Position numbers and translations under genes: made by a program
In this document: piece after piece, positions 36,872-45,991 of the stretch
Layout: every line of letters begins with the position of its first letter
Numbering within the stretch: position 1 is the stretch's first letter
The notes under the pieces: model-generated
Told to the model about the DNA's origin: nothing
Seen by the model: the letters and a program-made list of their open reading frames with translations, nothing else
The model's database searches: none
NCBI GenBank assembly: GCA_013151415.1
Contig: JAADII010000116.1
Location: 24,512 to 88,511 of the forward strand
Length of the DNA stretch: 64,000 nucleotides
Direction: 5' to 3'
From: Chloroflexota bacterium
GTDB lineage: Bacteria; Chloroflexota; Anaerolineae; J102

Positions 36872-38743
36872 ATGCTCTCTGACACTGCACGTTCTGAAAT
36901 TCAGGCCCTGATGGGCCGTTATCCACAGCCTCGCTCCGCGATCTTGCCCGCGCTTTATGTGGCGCAGCGCGAGATCGGCTGGCTTCCCACCGAGGCCATG
37001 GACGAAATCGCGACGCTCTTTGGCATGGAGCCGATGGAGGTGTACGCCATCGCCGGCTTCTACAACATGCTGTATAAGGAGCCAAAGGGCCGCTATCATA
37101 TCGAAATCTGCACCAATGTGCCCTGCAAGCTGCGCGGAGCCGACAAGATGGCCGAGCACTTGCAAAAACGGTTGGGCGTCGGCTTTGGCGAAACCACCGA
37201 GGACGGTCAGTTCACCCTCGATCACATGGAGTGTTTGGGGTCGTGCGCGACCGGGCCTATGTTCTTCGTGCGACGCAGCGGCAGCGATTGGGGCCGGTAT
37301 TATGAAGACCTCACGCCAGAACGCATCGACGCGATCCTGGAAGATTTGCTTTCGGGTGAGGATTGGCCCATGGAGCGCTCGCCGGCCGGGCCATACCATC
37401 ACGACCATCATCCCGAGACCAACTTCCTCCTGGCCCGCATCGACAAGCCCGACAGCCACACCATTGAGAGTTACCTGGCCGATGGCGGTTATCAGACCGC
37501 GCCCAAAGTGCTGGCCATGTCGCCGCAAGAGGTTATCGACGAGGTGAAAAAGGCCGGGGTGCGCGGTCGCGGGGGCGCGGGGTTCCCGGCCGGGGTGAAG
37601 TGGGGCTTCATCCCCAAAGACCTGTATCCGCGCTATCTGGTGGTCAATGCGGATGAGTCGGAGCCGGGCACGTTCAAGGATCGGCTCATCATCGAATACG
37701 ACCCGCACGAATTGCTCGAGGGCATCATCTGCACGGCCTGGGCCATCCAGGCGCACTACGCCTTCATTTATATACGCGGAGAATACATGTTCGGCGCGCA
37801 GCGCCTAAACCAGGCCATCGCCGAGGCCAAAGCGCGCGGTTTTCTGGGCAAGCATATTTTCGGCACGGATTTCGATCTGGAAGTGATCGTGCATCGCGGC
37901 GCGGGCGCGTACATCTGCGGCGAAGAAACCGCGCTGCTCAGCTCGCTCGAGGGCTATCGCGGCCATCCCCGACTCAAGCCCCCCTTCCCCGCGGTGGCCG
38001 GGCTTTACGCCAAGCCCACCATCGTCAACAACGTGGAGACCATCTCGCATGTGCGCCATGTGCTCGAGCATGGCGCGGATTGGTATCGCCAATGGGGCAC
38101 AGAACGGAGTCCGGGCTTCCAGTTGATCTGCCTGAGCGGCCAGGTGAAGAAGCCGGGCGTGTATGAAATTCCCTACGGAACCACGTTTCGCGAGCTGATC
38201 TACGACATGGCCGGGGGCACGGTGGATGATCGACCCATCAAGAGCATCATCCCCGGCGGCCTCTCCATGCCCCACATCCTGCCCGACAAGCTCGACATCG
38301 GCATTGATTTCGAGTCGTTGCAACAGGCCGGTTCGTTGCTCGGCTCGGGCGGCGTGATCGTCATTTGCGAGGGCGAGAACATCGTCCCCATCACCCGGCG
38401 CACATTGGGCTTCTACCGCGAAGAGTCCTGCGGCAAGTGTTCGCCCTGTCGCGAGGGCGTCGGCTGGATGGAGAAGATCCTCAAGCGCGTCGAGGCCGGC
38501 CAGGGAACGCTGAGCGACCTGGACACCATGGAACGGGTCACCAAGTATATCGAGCAACAGTCCTTCTGCCCCTTTGGCCCGGCCGCGGTGTGGGGCTTGC
38601 AGAGCACATTGCGTCATTTCCGCAGCGAATTCGAGGCGTACATTCTGGAAACCAACCCCGACCAGGAGAAGCCCTCATTGCCCGCGCGGCCCATCTACCG
38701 GCCCTATGTGGGCGAGCCGCTGGAAAACATGTTGGATGACTAA
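36872..38743 (+). CDS. nuoEF: NADH-quinone oxidoreductase subunits E and F (24-kDa and 51-kDa subunits in one ORF)
   Basis: N-terminal NuoE [2Fe-2S] motifs CTNVPC...CLGSC, then NuoF with the GRGGAGFP FMN/NADH site and C-terminal CGKCSPCREG and SFCPFGP cysteines. Listed as one ORF in the provided track, which is unusual; continuity not independently re-translated. Confidence 0.85.
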   Translation: MLSDTARSEIQALMGRYPQPRSAILPALYVAQREIGWLPTEAMDEIATLFGMEPMEVYAIAGFYNMLYKEPKGRYHIEICTNVPCKLRGADKMAEHLQKRLGVGFGETTEDGQFTLDHMECLGSCATGPMFFVRRSGSDWGRYYEDLTPERIDAILEDLLSGEDWPMERSPAGPYHHDHHPETNFLLARIDKPDSHTIESYLADGGYQTAPKVLAMSPQEVIDEVKKAGVRGRGGAGFPAGVKWGFIPKDLYPRYLVVNADESEPGTFKDRLIIEYDPHELLEGIICTAWAIQAHYAFIYIRGEYMFGAQRLNQAIAEAKARGFLGKHIFGTDFDLEVIVHRGAGAYICGEETALLSSLEGYRGHPRLKPPFPAVAGLYAKPTIVNNVETISHVRHVLEHGADWYRQWGTERSPGFQLICLSGQVKKPGVYEIPYGTTFRELIYDMAGGTVDDRPIKSIIPGGLSMPHILPDKLDIGIDFESLQQAGSLLGSGGVIVICEGENIVPITRRTLGFYREESCGKCSPCREGVGWMEKILKRVEAGQGTLSDLDTMERVTKYIEQQSFCPFGPAAVWGLQSTLRHFRSEFEAYILETNPDQEKPSLPARPIYRPYVGEPLENMLDD

Positions 38744-38798
38744 CGCCTGGTTCAAAGTTTCTGGTTCCTGGTTCAAGGTTAACGCCACCACCCGCCAC

Positions 38799-38875
38799 TT
38801 GACACTTGACACTTGACACCTGACACCTGACCCTTGACACCTGACACTTGACACTTGACACTCAACACCTGACCC
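38799..38875 (+). repeat. Eleven tandem heptad repeats (T/C)TGAC(A/C)C, consensus TTGACAC, ending 3 nt before the nuoG ATG
   Basis: Read directly: ttgacac x3, ctgacac, ctgaccc, ttgacac, ctgacac, ttgacac x2, tcaacac, ctgaccc. They are preceded by ctggttcaa(a/g)g mini-repeats at about 38746-38780. Confidence 0.85.
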
Positions 38876-38878
38876 CTC

Positions 38879-41401
38879 ATGTCCGATTGGATCACCATCA
38901 CCATCGACGGCAAAGAAATCCAGGCCAAGCCGGGCGAACTGCTCGTGGACGCCGCGGCTCGCGCCGGTATCCATATTCCCGTTTTTTGCTATCATCCCAA
39001 GCTCGATCCTTTGGGCGCGTGCCGCATGTGTTTGGTCGAGGCCGAGGGGCGTCGCGGCAAGATGCTCATCACGGCCTGCACCACGCCCGTGGCCGATGGC
39101 GGCGTCTATTATTACGAATCGGAGCGGGCCGTGGACGCGCGTCAGGGCACGCTCGAACTCATTCTCATCAATCATCCCCTCGATTGCCCCATCTGCGATA
39201 AGGGCGGCGAGTGCCCCTTGCAAGACCAAACCCTCGAGCACGGGCCGGGCAAGTCCCATTTTTGGGAGGAAAAAAACCACAAGGCCAAGCATTATCCCCT
39301 CAGCGATCTGATCATGCTCGACCAGGAGCGTTGCATCGTTTGCTGGCGCTGCATTCGCTATCTGGAAGAGTGGGAGGACAAGCCGCAGTTGGGGCTGTTC
39401 CATCGCGGGGGCGAGACCGTCATCGACAAGTTCCCCGACGGCAAGCTGGACGCCTACACCAGCGGCTCCATCATCGACATCTGTCCGGTGGGCGCGCTGA
39501 CCAACCGCCTGGCCCGCTTCTCCTATCGACCCTGGGAGCTGGAGAAAACGCCCTCTATTTGCACGCATTGCGGCATGGGTTGCAACCTGCGCATCGACAG
39601 CCGCACCCATCGCATCCGCCGCAATGTCGCGCGAGAAAACGCGGCCGTCAACGATGAGTGGATCTGTGACAAAGGCCGTTTCGCGATGGGCTTCGCGTCC
39701 CATCCCGAACGCTTGCAAGAACCGCTGGCCCGCATCAACGGCGAGCTTCGCCCCGTCTCCTGGCCCGAGGCGCTGGATCGGGTGGTTCGGGGCCTGAAGC
39801 GGGTGGTCGAGACGCACGGCCCGGCCGCGGTGGCCGCGATTGGCTCGGCCAAGCTGTCCAACGAGGCCAATTATCTGCTGGCCAAGTTCATGCGCGGGGT
39901 TGTCGGCTCGAACAATCTCGACTTTCGCGAGGGATCGGCCGTGGTGGCCGACCCGCGCGGGATCCCCTCGCTGGCCGACGCCCGCGACGCGGATGTGATC
40001 GTCCTCATGGGCTGCGATCCCGGCGAGGAGATGCCGGTGCTGGCCAATTTCCTCAAACGCGCGGTCCTTCGCGGGGGCGCGAAGATGATCATTGTGCACC
40101 CGCGAGCCATCGAGCTGACGCAATACGCGGCCGCGTTCATCAATCCCACCATTGGCGCGGAGAGCGCGGCCTTCGACGCGCTGACGCGCGCCACCCTGGA
40201 CGCGAGCGACGCCATCATCCCCGATTGGCTGCCCGAGGTGGAGGAGGCGGCTCAAGTGGCCGGGATTTCGGTCGAGGATGTACGCGAGGCCGCGCGGCTG
40301 TTGTCACAGGCCAAACGGCCCTTCATCGTCTACGGCGTGGATTACGCCTGGGGATACGGCGCGCGCAACCTGGTCACGGCCCTAACCAACTGGGTGGTGG
40401 CCGCGGGGCATGGCGAGCGGCTGGGCTTTTTGCACAGCCAGGCCAACGCGTTGGGCGCGGCCGATATGGGCATGGCGCCCGACCGGCTACCCGGTCATCG
40501 GCCCCTGAGCGACGCCCGCGCCCGCCGCGAACTGGAGGCTCGCTGGCAAACCGAAATCCCCACCCAGCCCGGCCTCAGCTACGGCGCGATGATGGCTTCG
40601 ACCCCTGACCGCATCCGCGCGCTCTATCTCATGGGCGCGGACCCGGTGGGTGAGAAGCCCGCGGACGCGAAAGCGCTGGCCGAACTCGATTTCCTGGTGG
40701 TGCAGGACATGTTCCTGACCGAGAGCGCGAAGCTGGCCGACGTGGTGCTGCCGGCCGCGTCCTATGCCGAAAGCCGGGGCACGTTCACCAACACCGAGCG
40801 CCGCGTTCAGCGCGCGCCCCAGGCTGTGCGCACGGTGGGCAAGTCGGTGGCCGACTGGGCCATCCTCATGCACCTGGCCCGCCGTTACGCGCCCGACAAG
40901 AAGGACGCCTGGGACACGCCCTCGGTGGACGCGATTTTTGCGGAAATCGCGGAGGTGGTTCCGGCCTATCGCGGCATGAGCTGGGAAAATCTGGGCGAGA
41001 GCGGCCAACAATGGCCCAGAGACGCGGTTTCCCTCTCGCGCGAGCTGCGGCCGCACAGCGGCGCGGCCATCCCGCCCAGCCCGGATTATCCTTTCCGGCT
41101 GGTGGTGGGCTCGTTGTTGTGGGATGGCGGGACCGTGTTCGCGGCCACGCCGCAAATGGCCGGTCTGGCGCGTCAGGCGGCCTGGCTCCACCCTGACGAC
41201 GCGGCCCGTTTGGGCGTTCAGGAGGGCGACGCCATCGAAATTCGCTCTCGCGGCGGTTCGATCCGAACTTTCGCACACCTCGATCCCTCCATCAAACCCG
41301 GTTCGGTCTTCGCGCCTTATTCGTTCCCGGCCGCGCCCGTGGGCAACCTCTTCGACGATTATGTCCCTCGCACCTCGGTCGCGATTGAAAAGGTGACATG
41401 A
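38879..41401 (+). CDS. nuoG: NADH-quinone oxidoreductase subunit G (75-kDa subunit, molybdopterin-oxidoreductase-like)
   Basis: N-terminal 2Fe-2S/4Fe-4S cysteine clusters (CYHPKLDPLGACRMCLVE, HPLDCPICDKGGECPLQD, CIVCWRCIRY, CPVGAL), then a long MopB-like domain. Confidence 0.95.
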   Translation: MSDWITITIDGKEIQAKPGELLVDAAARAGIHIPVFCYHPKLDPLGACRMCLVEAEGRRGKMLITACTTPVADGGVYYYESERAVDARQGTLELILINHPLDCPICDKGGECPLQDQTLEHGPGKSHFWEEKNHKAKHYPLSDLIMLDQERCIVCWRCIRYLEEWEDKPQLGLFHRGGETVIDKFPDGKLDAYTSGSIIDICPVGALTNRLARFSYRPWELEKTPSICTHCGMGCNLRIDSRTHRIRRNVARENAAVNDEWICDKGRFAMGFASHPERLQEPLARINGELRPVSWPEALDRVVRGLKRVVETHGPAAVAAIGSAKLSNEANYLLAKFMRGVVGSNNLDFREGSAVVADPRGIPSLADARDADVIVLMGCDPGEEMPVLANFLKRAVLRGGAKMIIVHPRAIELTQYAAAFINPTIGAESAAFDALTRATLDASDAIIPDWLPEVEEAAQVAGISVEDVREAARLLSQAKRPFIVYGVDYAWGYGARNLVTALTNWVVAAGHGERLGFLHSQANALGAADMGMAPDRLPGHRPLSDARARRELEARWQTEIPTQPGLSYGAMMASTPDRIRALYLMGADPVGEKPADAKALAELDFLVVQDMFLTESAKLADVVLPAASYAESRGTFTNTERRVQRAPQAVRTVGKSVADWAILMHLARRYAPDKKDAWDTPSVDAIFAEIAEVVPAYRGMSWENLGESGQQWPRDAVSLSRELRPHSGAAIPPSPDYPFRLVVGSLLWDGGTVFAATPQMAGLARQAAWLHPDDAARLGVQEGDAIEIRSRGGSIRTFAHLDPSIKPGSVFAPYSFPAAPVGNLFDDYVPRTSVAIEKVT

Positions 41402-41459
41402 TGCTCGCCATGAAATCACCGTCTTACTGACCCATTATTCACCGATCACCCTGTCCTCT

Positions 41460-42485
41460 ATGGAAATTCTCATCATCTCCATCATCAAAAGCCTGGCGCT
41501 GATCGTCATTTTGCTAACGGGCTTCGCGTATCTGACCTATTATGAGCGCAAGCTGTTGGCGCGGTTCCATGTGCGCTTGGGGCCAAACCGGGCCGGCCCG
41601 CGCGGGCTGCTGCAACCCATCGCGGATGCGGTCAAGGCCATCTTCAAAGAGGAGATCGTGCCCGACCATGTGGACAAGCCCGTCTATCTTTTGGCTCCGG
41701 CTCTGGCGCTTATTCCGGCCCTGGTCGCGTTCGCGGTCATTCCTGTGGCCCCGGCCATGACGTTGTTTGGCCGCACCATTGATTTCGCGGTGGCCGACAT
41801 CAATGTGGCTTTGCTCTATGTGGTGGCCATCACCAGCGTGGGCACGTATGGCGTCATTTTGGGCGGCTGGAGCAGCAACAACAACTATTCGCTGTTGGGC
41901 GCGCTGCGCACGGCCTCGCAGATGATCAGTTATGAATTGCCTCTGGGCATCTTATTGGCCGCGATTGTGCTCAGCACCAACATCGGCCGTGAGATGGGCA
42001 CGCTCAGCCTGCACGAGATCGTGTTGCAGGATCGGCCCTGGTGGTTGTGGTTGTGGCTCTGGCTCGCTTTTCCCGTTTTCTTCATTGGCGTGCTGGCGGA
42101 AAGCAATCGCAGCCCCTTCGACCTGCCCGAGACGGAAAATGAGCTCATCGCCGGGTTCCAGATCGAGTATGGCGGCATCAAATTCGCGCTCTTTTTCATG
42201 GCCGAGTACATCCACATGATCACCGGCTCTGCGCTCATGGCCACGCTCTTCTTTGGCGGCTGGCGCGGGCCTTTTGTGGTTCCGGGCACCTGGCACGGCG
42301 CGCTTATCGGCTTTGGCTGGCTCTTTATTAAGATTCTGGCTTTGTTGTTCCTGTTCATTTGGGTGCGCGCGAGCGTGCCCCGCGTGCGCTACGATCAGCT
42401 TCTTCATTTCTGCTGGAAGTTCCTCACCCCGCTCTCCATCGCCTACCTCGTCATCACCGCGGTCATTGTCGTGTTCGCAGGATGA
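41460..42485 (+). CDS. nuoH: NADH-quinone oxidoreductase subunit H
   Basis: 8 TM helices with the conserved R(F)DQL and YERK(L)L(A) motifs ([18 protein letters not shown]). Confidence 0.95.
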   Translation: MEILIISIIKSLALIVILLTGFAYLTYYERKLLARFHVRLGPNRAGPRGLLQPIADAVKAIFKEEIVPDHVDKPVYLLAPALALIPALVAFAVIPVAPAMTLFGRTIDFAVADINVALLYVVAITSVGTYGVILGGWSSNNNYSLLGALRTASQMISYELPLGILLAAIVLSTNIGREMGTLSLHEIVLQDRPWWLWLWLWLAFPVFFIGVLAESNRSPFDLPETENELIAGFQIEYGGIKFALFFMAEYIHMITGSALMATLFFGGWRGPFVVPGTWHGALIGFGWLFIKILALLFLFIWVRASVPRVRYDQLLHFCWKFLTPLSIAYLVITAVIVVFAG

Positions 42486-42495
42486 TTTGGAACAC

Positions 42496-42519
42496 ACTCT
42501 GAACTGTGAACCGTGAATT
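42496..42519 (+). promoter_or_regulatory. 24-nt conserved intergenic motif ACTCTGAACTGTGAACCGTGAATT (copy 2 of 2) in the nuoH-nuoI spacer
   Basis: 22/24 identical to the sense-strand motif in the hemE-hemL spacer (reverse complement of 27395-27418). Confidence 0.6.
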
Positions 42520-42555
42520 CCGAACCCTAACCCCCTCTCTCTTTCTCAACCTCTC

Positions 42556-43035
42556 ATGTCCGGACTAAAAGACGTTTACGAAAGCGCCCGCGAGATCGGC
42601 AAGGCCATGGGGCTCACGCTCAAGACCCTGGCCACCGAAAAACCGATCACCGTAGAATATCCCGACCAGCCCATGGCCGTGTATCCGCGCTTTCGCGGGC
42701 GGCACGAGCTGCGCCGCTATGAAAACGGCATGGAGCGTTGCATTGGCTGTTGCCTGTGCGAGGCGGCCTGCCCCACCGGCGCCATCTATGTCGAGGCCGA
42801 GGAGAACGATCCCGACAACCCCATCTCGCCGGGTGAACGACACGCCAAAGTGTACGAAGTGAATCTGCTGCGCTGCATCTTCTGCGGCGATTGCGAACGC
42901 GCCTGCCCCACCGAGGCCATTGTGCTCGGCCATTACATCGACCTGGCCAGTTACGATCGCCGCGACTTTATTCTGACCAAGGAAGATTTGCTCAACCCGC
43001 CCGAACCGAACACCATCATTCGGCCTGCGGGATGA
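42556..43035 (+). CDS. nuoI: NADH-quinone oxidoreductase subunit I (2x[4Fe-4S] ferredoxin)
   Basis: [12 protein letters not shown] and [12 protein letters not shown] motifs. Confidence 0.95.
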   Translation: MSGLKDVYESAREIGKAMGLTLKTLATEKPITVEYPDQPMAVYPRFRGRHELRRYENGMERCIGCCLCEAACPTGAIYVEAEENDPDNPISPGERHAKVYEVNLLRCIFCGDCERACPTEAIVLGHYIDLASYDRRDFILTKEDLLNPPEPNTIIRPAG

Positions 43036-43109
43036 GATTTGGAGATTGCATCAGCCCTTTCGGGCTTCGCAATGACGCATCCTTTTAACGCAACACGCAC
43101 TACGCAATC

Positions 43110-43616
43110 ATGGCACTTCTACTCTTTCTAGCCCTGGCCCTTGTGGCGCTGCTCGCCGCGGTTGGCATGGTGACCAGTCGCAATGCAGTGCATAGCGCCC
43201 TGTTCATGTTGGTGAATTTCGCGGTCTACGCCATCTTTTATATCATGCTCAACGCTCAATTTCTGGGCGTGGTGCAGGTTATCGTTTATGCTGGGGCCAT
43301 TGTCGTGCTGTTCCTCTTCGTCGTCATGCTCATTGGCGGCGAGATCGGCGCGGTTCGCAGTTCATTGCGGCGCTACACTTACGCGGCCGCCTTGATTCTC
43401 GGCGCGTTGTTCGTCGCGATGATCGGTCTCGGCATCGCCCAAACCATATCGACGGACCAAACCGTGGCGGGCGCTCCGGCGGCCGGCGGGGTGGAGGCCA
43501 TCGGCATGGCCCTGTTCACCACCTATCTTTTGCCCTTCGAGCTGGCGTCGTTGCTCTTGCTGGCGGGCATGGTGGGCGGCGTGGCCCGCCGTTACAAAGC
43601 CCTCGATGAGGATTGA
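43110..43616 (+). CDS. nuoJ: NADH-quinone oxidoreductase subunit J
   Basis: Five-TM hydrophobic protein of typical length in the conserved operon position. Confidence 0.85.
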   Translation: MALLLFLALALVALLAAVGMVTSRNAVHSALFMLVNFAVYAIFYIMLNAQFLGVVQVIVYAGAIVVLFLFVVMLIGGEIGAVRSSLRRYTYAAALILGALFVAMIGLGIAQTISTDQTVAGAPAAGGVEAIGMALFTTYLLPFELASLLLLAGMVGGVARRYKALDED

Positions 43617-43619
43617 ACC

Positions 43620-43922
43620 ATGGTTCCCATCACCTATTATCTCATCCTATCTGCGGTGATCTTCACCATTGGCGCGGTGGGCGTGCTGGTTCGCCGCAAC
43701 GCCATCATGATTTTCATGTGCATCGAGTTGATGCTTAACAGCGTCAACCTCACGCTGGTGGCCTTCGCCAATCAATGGGGCAATCTCAACGGCCAGATTT
43801 TCGCCTTCATCATCATGGCCGTGGCCGCGGTCGAGGTGGCCGTGGGTCTGGCCATCGTCATGGCCATTGTGCGCCACAAAGACACCACCAACGTCGATGA
43901 AATCCATTTATTGAAGTGGTGA
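43620..43922 (+). CDS. nuoK: NADH-quinone oxidoreductase subunit K
   Basis: 100 aa with 3 TM helices and the conserved E in ELMLNSVNL. Confidence 0.9.
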   Translation: MVPITYYLILSAVIFTIGAVGVLVRRNAIMIFMCIELMLNSVNLTLVAFANQWGNLNGQIFAFIIMAVAAVEVAVGLAIVMAIVRHKDTTNVDEIHLLKW

Positions 43923-43926
43923 AGCT

Positions 43927-45879
43927 ATGATTTTCGATTACGCCTGGCTGATTCTTTTGTTCCCGGCCCTGGGTTTGCTTTTCAACGCCTTCTTTGGGCG
44001 ACGCGTCGGGCATAAAGTCGCGGCCATTGTCGCCAATCTGGCCGTGGCGCTCTCTTTCCTCATGGCCGTGGCCCTGGCCATGGGTCTCAGCGCACTGCCC
44101 GGCGATGAGTCCAGCGTCGAGGTGTTGCTTTGGCCCTGGATACATATTGCCGGTTTTCAGGTGGACATGGCCCTGCTCATCGATCCGCTGTCGTCGGTCA
44201 TGATACTGGTCGTGACCGGCATCGGCCTGCTCATCCACATCTACTCGGCCACATATATGAAGGTGGATGACGAGCACCAGCCCATGGACGAGCGCCGCTA
44301 TGCACGGTTCTTCGTGTATATGAACCTGTTCATTCTCATGATGCTCACGCTGGTGCTGGCCAACAATTACGTCATGCTCTATCTCGGCTGGGAAGGCGTG
44401 GGGTTGGCTTCCTACCTGCTCATCGGGTTCTGGTTCTACAAACCCTCCGCGGCCGACGCGGCCAAGAAGGCGTTTCTGGTCAATCGCGTGGGCGATTTCG
44501 GCATGGCCCTGGCCATCATGTGGATGTTCTTCCTCTTTGGCAAGGAGGCCGGAAGTCTCTCCTTCGACGCGGTGTTCGCGGCTCTGGAAACGGCGTCGCC
44601 CGCGGTCGTGGCCGCGCTGACCGGCGTGACCTTGCTTTTGCTTTTGGCCGCGACCGGCAAATCCGCACAAATCCCGCTCTTTGTGTGGTTGCCCGACGCC
44701 ATGGAAGGCCCCTCGCCCGTCTCGGCCCTCATTCATGCCGCGACCATGGTCACGGCCGGCGTCTACATGCTGGCCCGCTCGCACCCTCTGCTCGAACTCG
44801 CGCCGGCCACCATGACGCTCATCGCCTGGATCGGGGGATTGACCGCATTGATGGCCGCGAGCATCGCTATAGTGCAAACCGATCTCAAGCGCATTCTGGC
44901 CTACTCCACCATTTCGCAGTTGGGCTATATGTTTTTGGGTGTGGGCGTGGGCGCGTATGTGGCCTCGGTCTTTCATCTTTACACCCACGCCTTTTTCAAG
45001 GCCTTGCTCTTCCTCGCGGCCGGGTCGGTCATGCACGCGCTGCACGGCGAGCTCAACATCGACCTCATGGGCGGCCTGCGCAAGAAACTGCCCGTCACCT
45101 ACGCACAGTTTCTCATCGGCGCGCTGGCCCTGGCCGGATTCCCCCTCCTTTCAGGCTACTGGTCCAAAGACGCCATTCTCTTGGGCGCGTTTGTCACCTC
45201 TTATCCGCTCTACGCCATCGGCCTTTTCACGGCTTTGCTCACCGCGTTCTACTCGTTGCGCGCGGTCTATCGCGCGTTCCACGGCCAACCGCGCGACGAA
45301 CATCTCTACGACCATGCGCACGAACAACCTCGTGGCATGACCTGGCCCCTTTGGGCGCTGGCCTTCGGCGCGGTTTTTGCTGGTTTGCTTGGCCTGCCCG
45401 CGATTTTCGGCAAGGAATTCGGCTTTCCCGTGGGCAATCTCATCGAGGGTTGGCTAAAGCCCACATTTGAAGGTTTGTCCGAACCTCATGTGGCGTTTTC
45501 CACTGAGATGGCGTTGTTCATTTCTTCAGGTTTTGTGGCGCTCATCGGCATCTATCTGGCCTATGCGCGCTATGTCAAACAGTCCGGCTGGACGCTTTCG
45601 TTGCAAAAAGCGCTATCGCCTTTGCAACCGGCTCTGGAGAACAAGTATTGGGTCGATGAAATCTACTTCGCGGTCATCGTCAACCCGCTGCGAGCGCTGG
45701 CCCGATTCTTCGCCACCGGAGCCGAGGGCGTCATCGACGGCGTGGTCAACGGCGTGGGCGCGGTGACCACGGCCGCGGGCGTGGGCATCGCCCGTCTTCA
45801 AACCGGCCTGCTCAGTTGGTACGCTCTCTCCCTCTTCCTCGGCGTGGTTTTGCTGTTGATTTACTTCGTTTTTGCATAG
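43927..45879 (+). CDS. nuoL: NADH-quinone oxidoreductase subunit L (antiporter-like)
   Basis: 650 aa. The Mrp-antiporter-like core has WLPDAMEGPSPVSALIHAATMVTAGVY. Confidence 0.95.
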   Translation: MIFDYAWLILLFPALGLLFNAFFGRRVGHKVAAIVANLAVALSFLMAVALAMGLSALPGDESSVEVLLWPWIHIAGFQVDMALLIDPLSSVMILVVTGIGLLIHIYSATYMKVDDEHQPMDERRYARFFVYMNLFILMMLTLVLANNYVMLYLGWEGVGLASYLLIGFWFYKPSAADAAKKAFLVNRVGDFGMALAIMWMFFLFGKEAGSLSFDAVFAALETASPAVVAALTGVTLLLLLAATGKSAQIPLFVWLPDAMEGPSPVSALIHAATMVTAGVYMLARSHPLLELAPATMTLIAWIGGLTALMAASIAIVQTDLKRILAYSTISQLGYMFLGVGVGAYVASVFHLYTHAFFKALLFLAAGSVMHALHGELNIDLMGGLRKKLPVTYAQFLIGALALAGFPLLSGYWSKDAILLGAFVTSYPLYAIGLFTALLTAFYSLRAVYRAFHGQPRDEHLYDHAHEQPRGMTWPLWALAFGAVFAGLLGLPAIFGKEFGFPVGNLIEGWLKPTFEGLSEPHVAFSTEMALFISSGFVALIGIYLAYARYVKQSGWTLSLQKALSPLQPALENKYWVDEIYFAVIVNPLRALARFFATGAEGVIDGVVNGVGAVTTAAGVGIARLQTGLLSWYALSLFLGVVLLLIYFVFA

Positions 45880-45991
45880 TTGGATATTGGATATTAGATA
45901 CTAGATATTAGATATTAGATATTCTTCAATACCCAATATCCAATACCCATTGTCCAATACCCAATATTCATTACCCATTATCCAAATATCC
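45880..45991. repeat. AT-rich imperfect palindromic intergenic element (GGATATTGGATATTAGATA left arm, TATCCAATACCC right arm) between nuoL and nuoM. It belongs to the same family as 34845-35018.
   Basis: Read directly: ttggatattggatattagatactagatattagatattagatatt, then aatacccaatatccaatacccattgtccaatacccaat.... GC is about 30%. Confidence 0.6.

Noticed and set aside
38538-38861. ORF VKCQVSRVRCQVSSVKCQV... on the minus strand, and the N-terminal part of ORF 38675..40255(-)
   Set aside because: They are translations of the TTGACAC heptad array and of the antisense of nuoG. They are not genes.
38799-38875. Possibility that the 7-bp tandem array is a CRISPR array
   Set aside because: The period is 7 bp with no spacers. 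CRISPR repeats are 24-48 bp and are separated by unique spacers. No cas genes are present.
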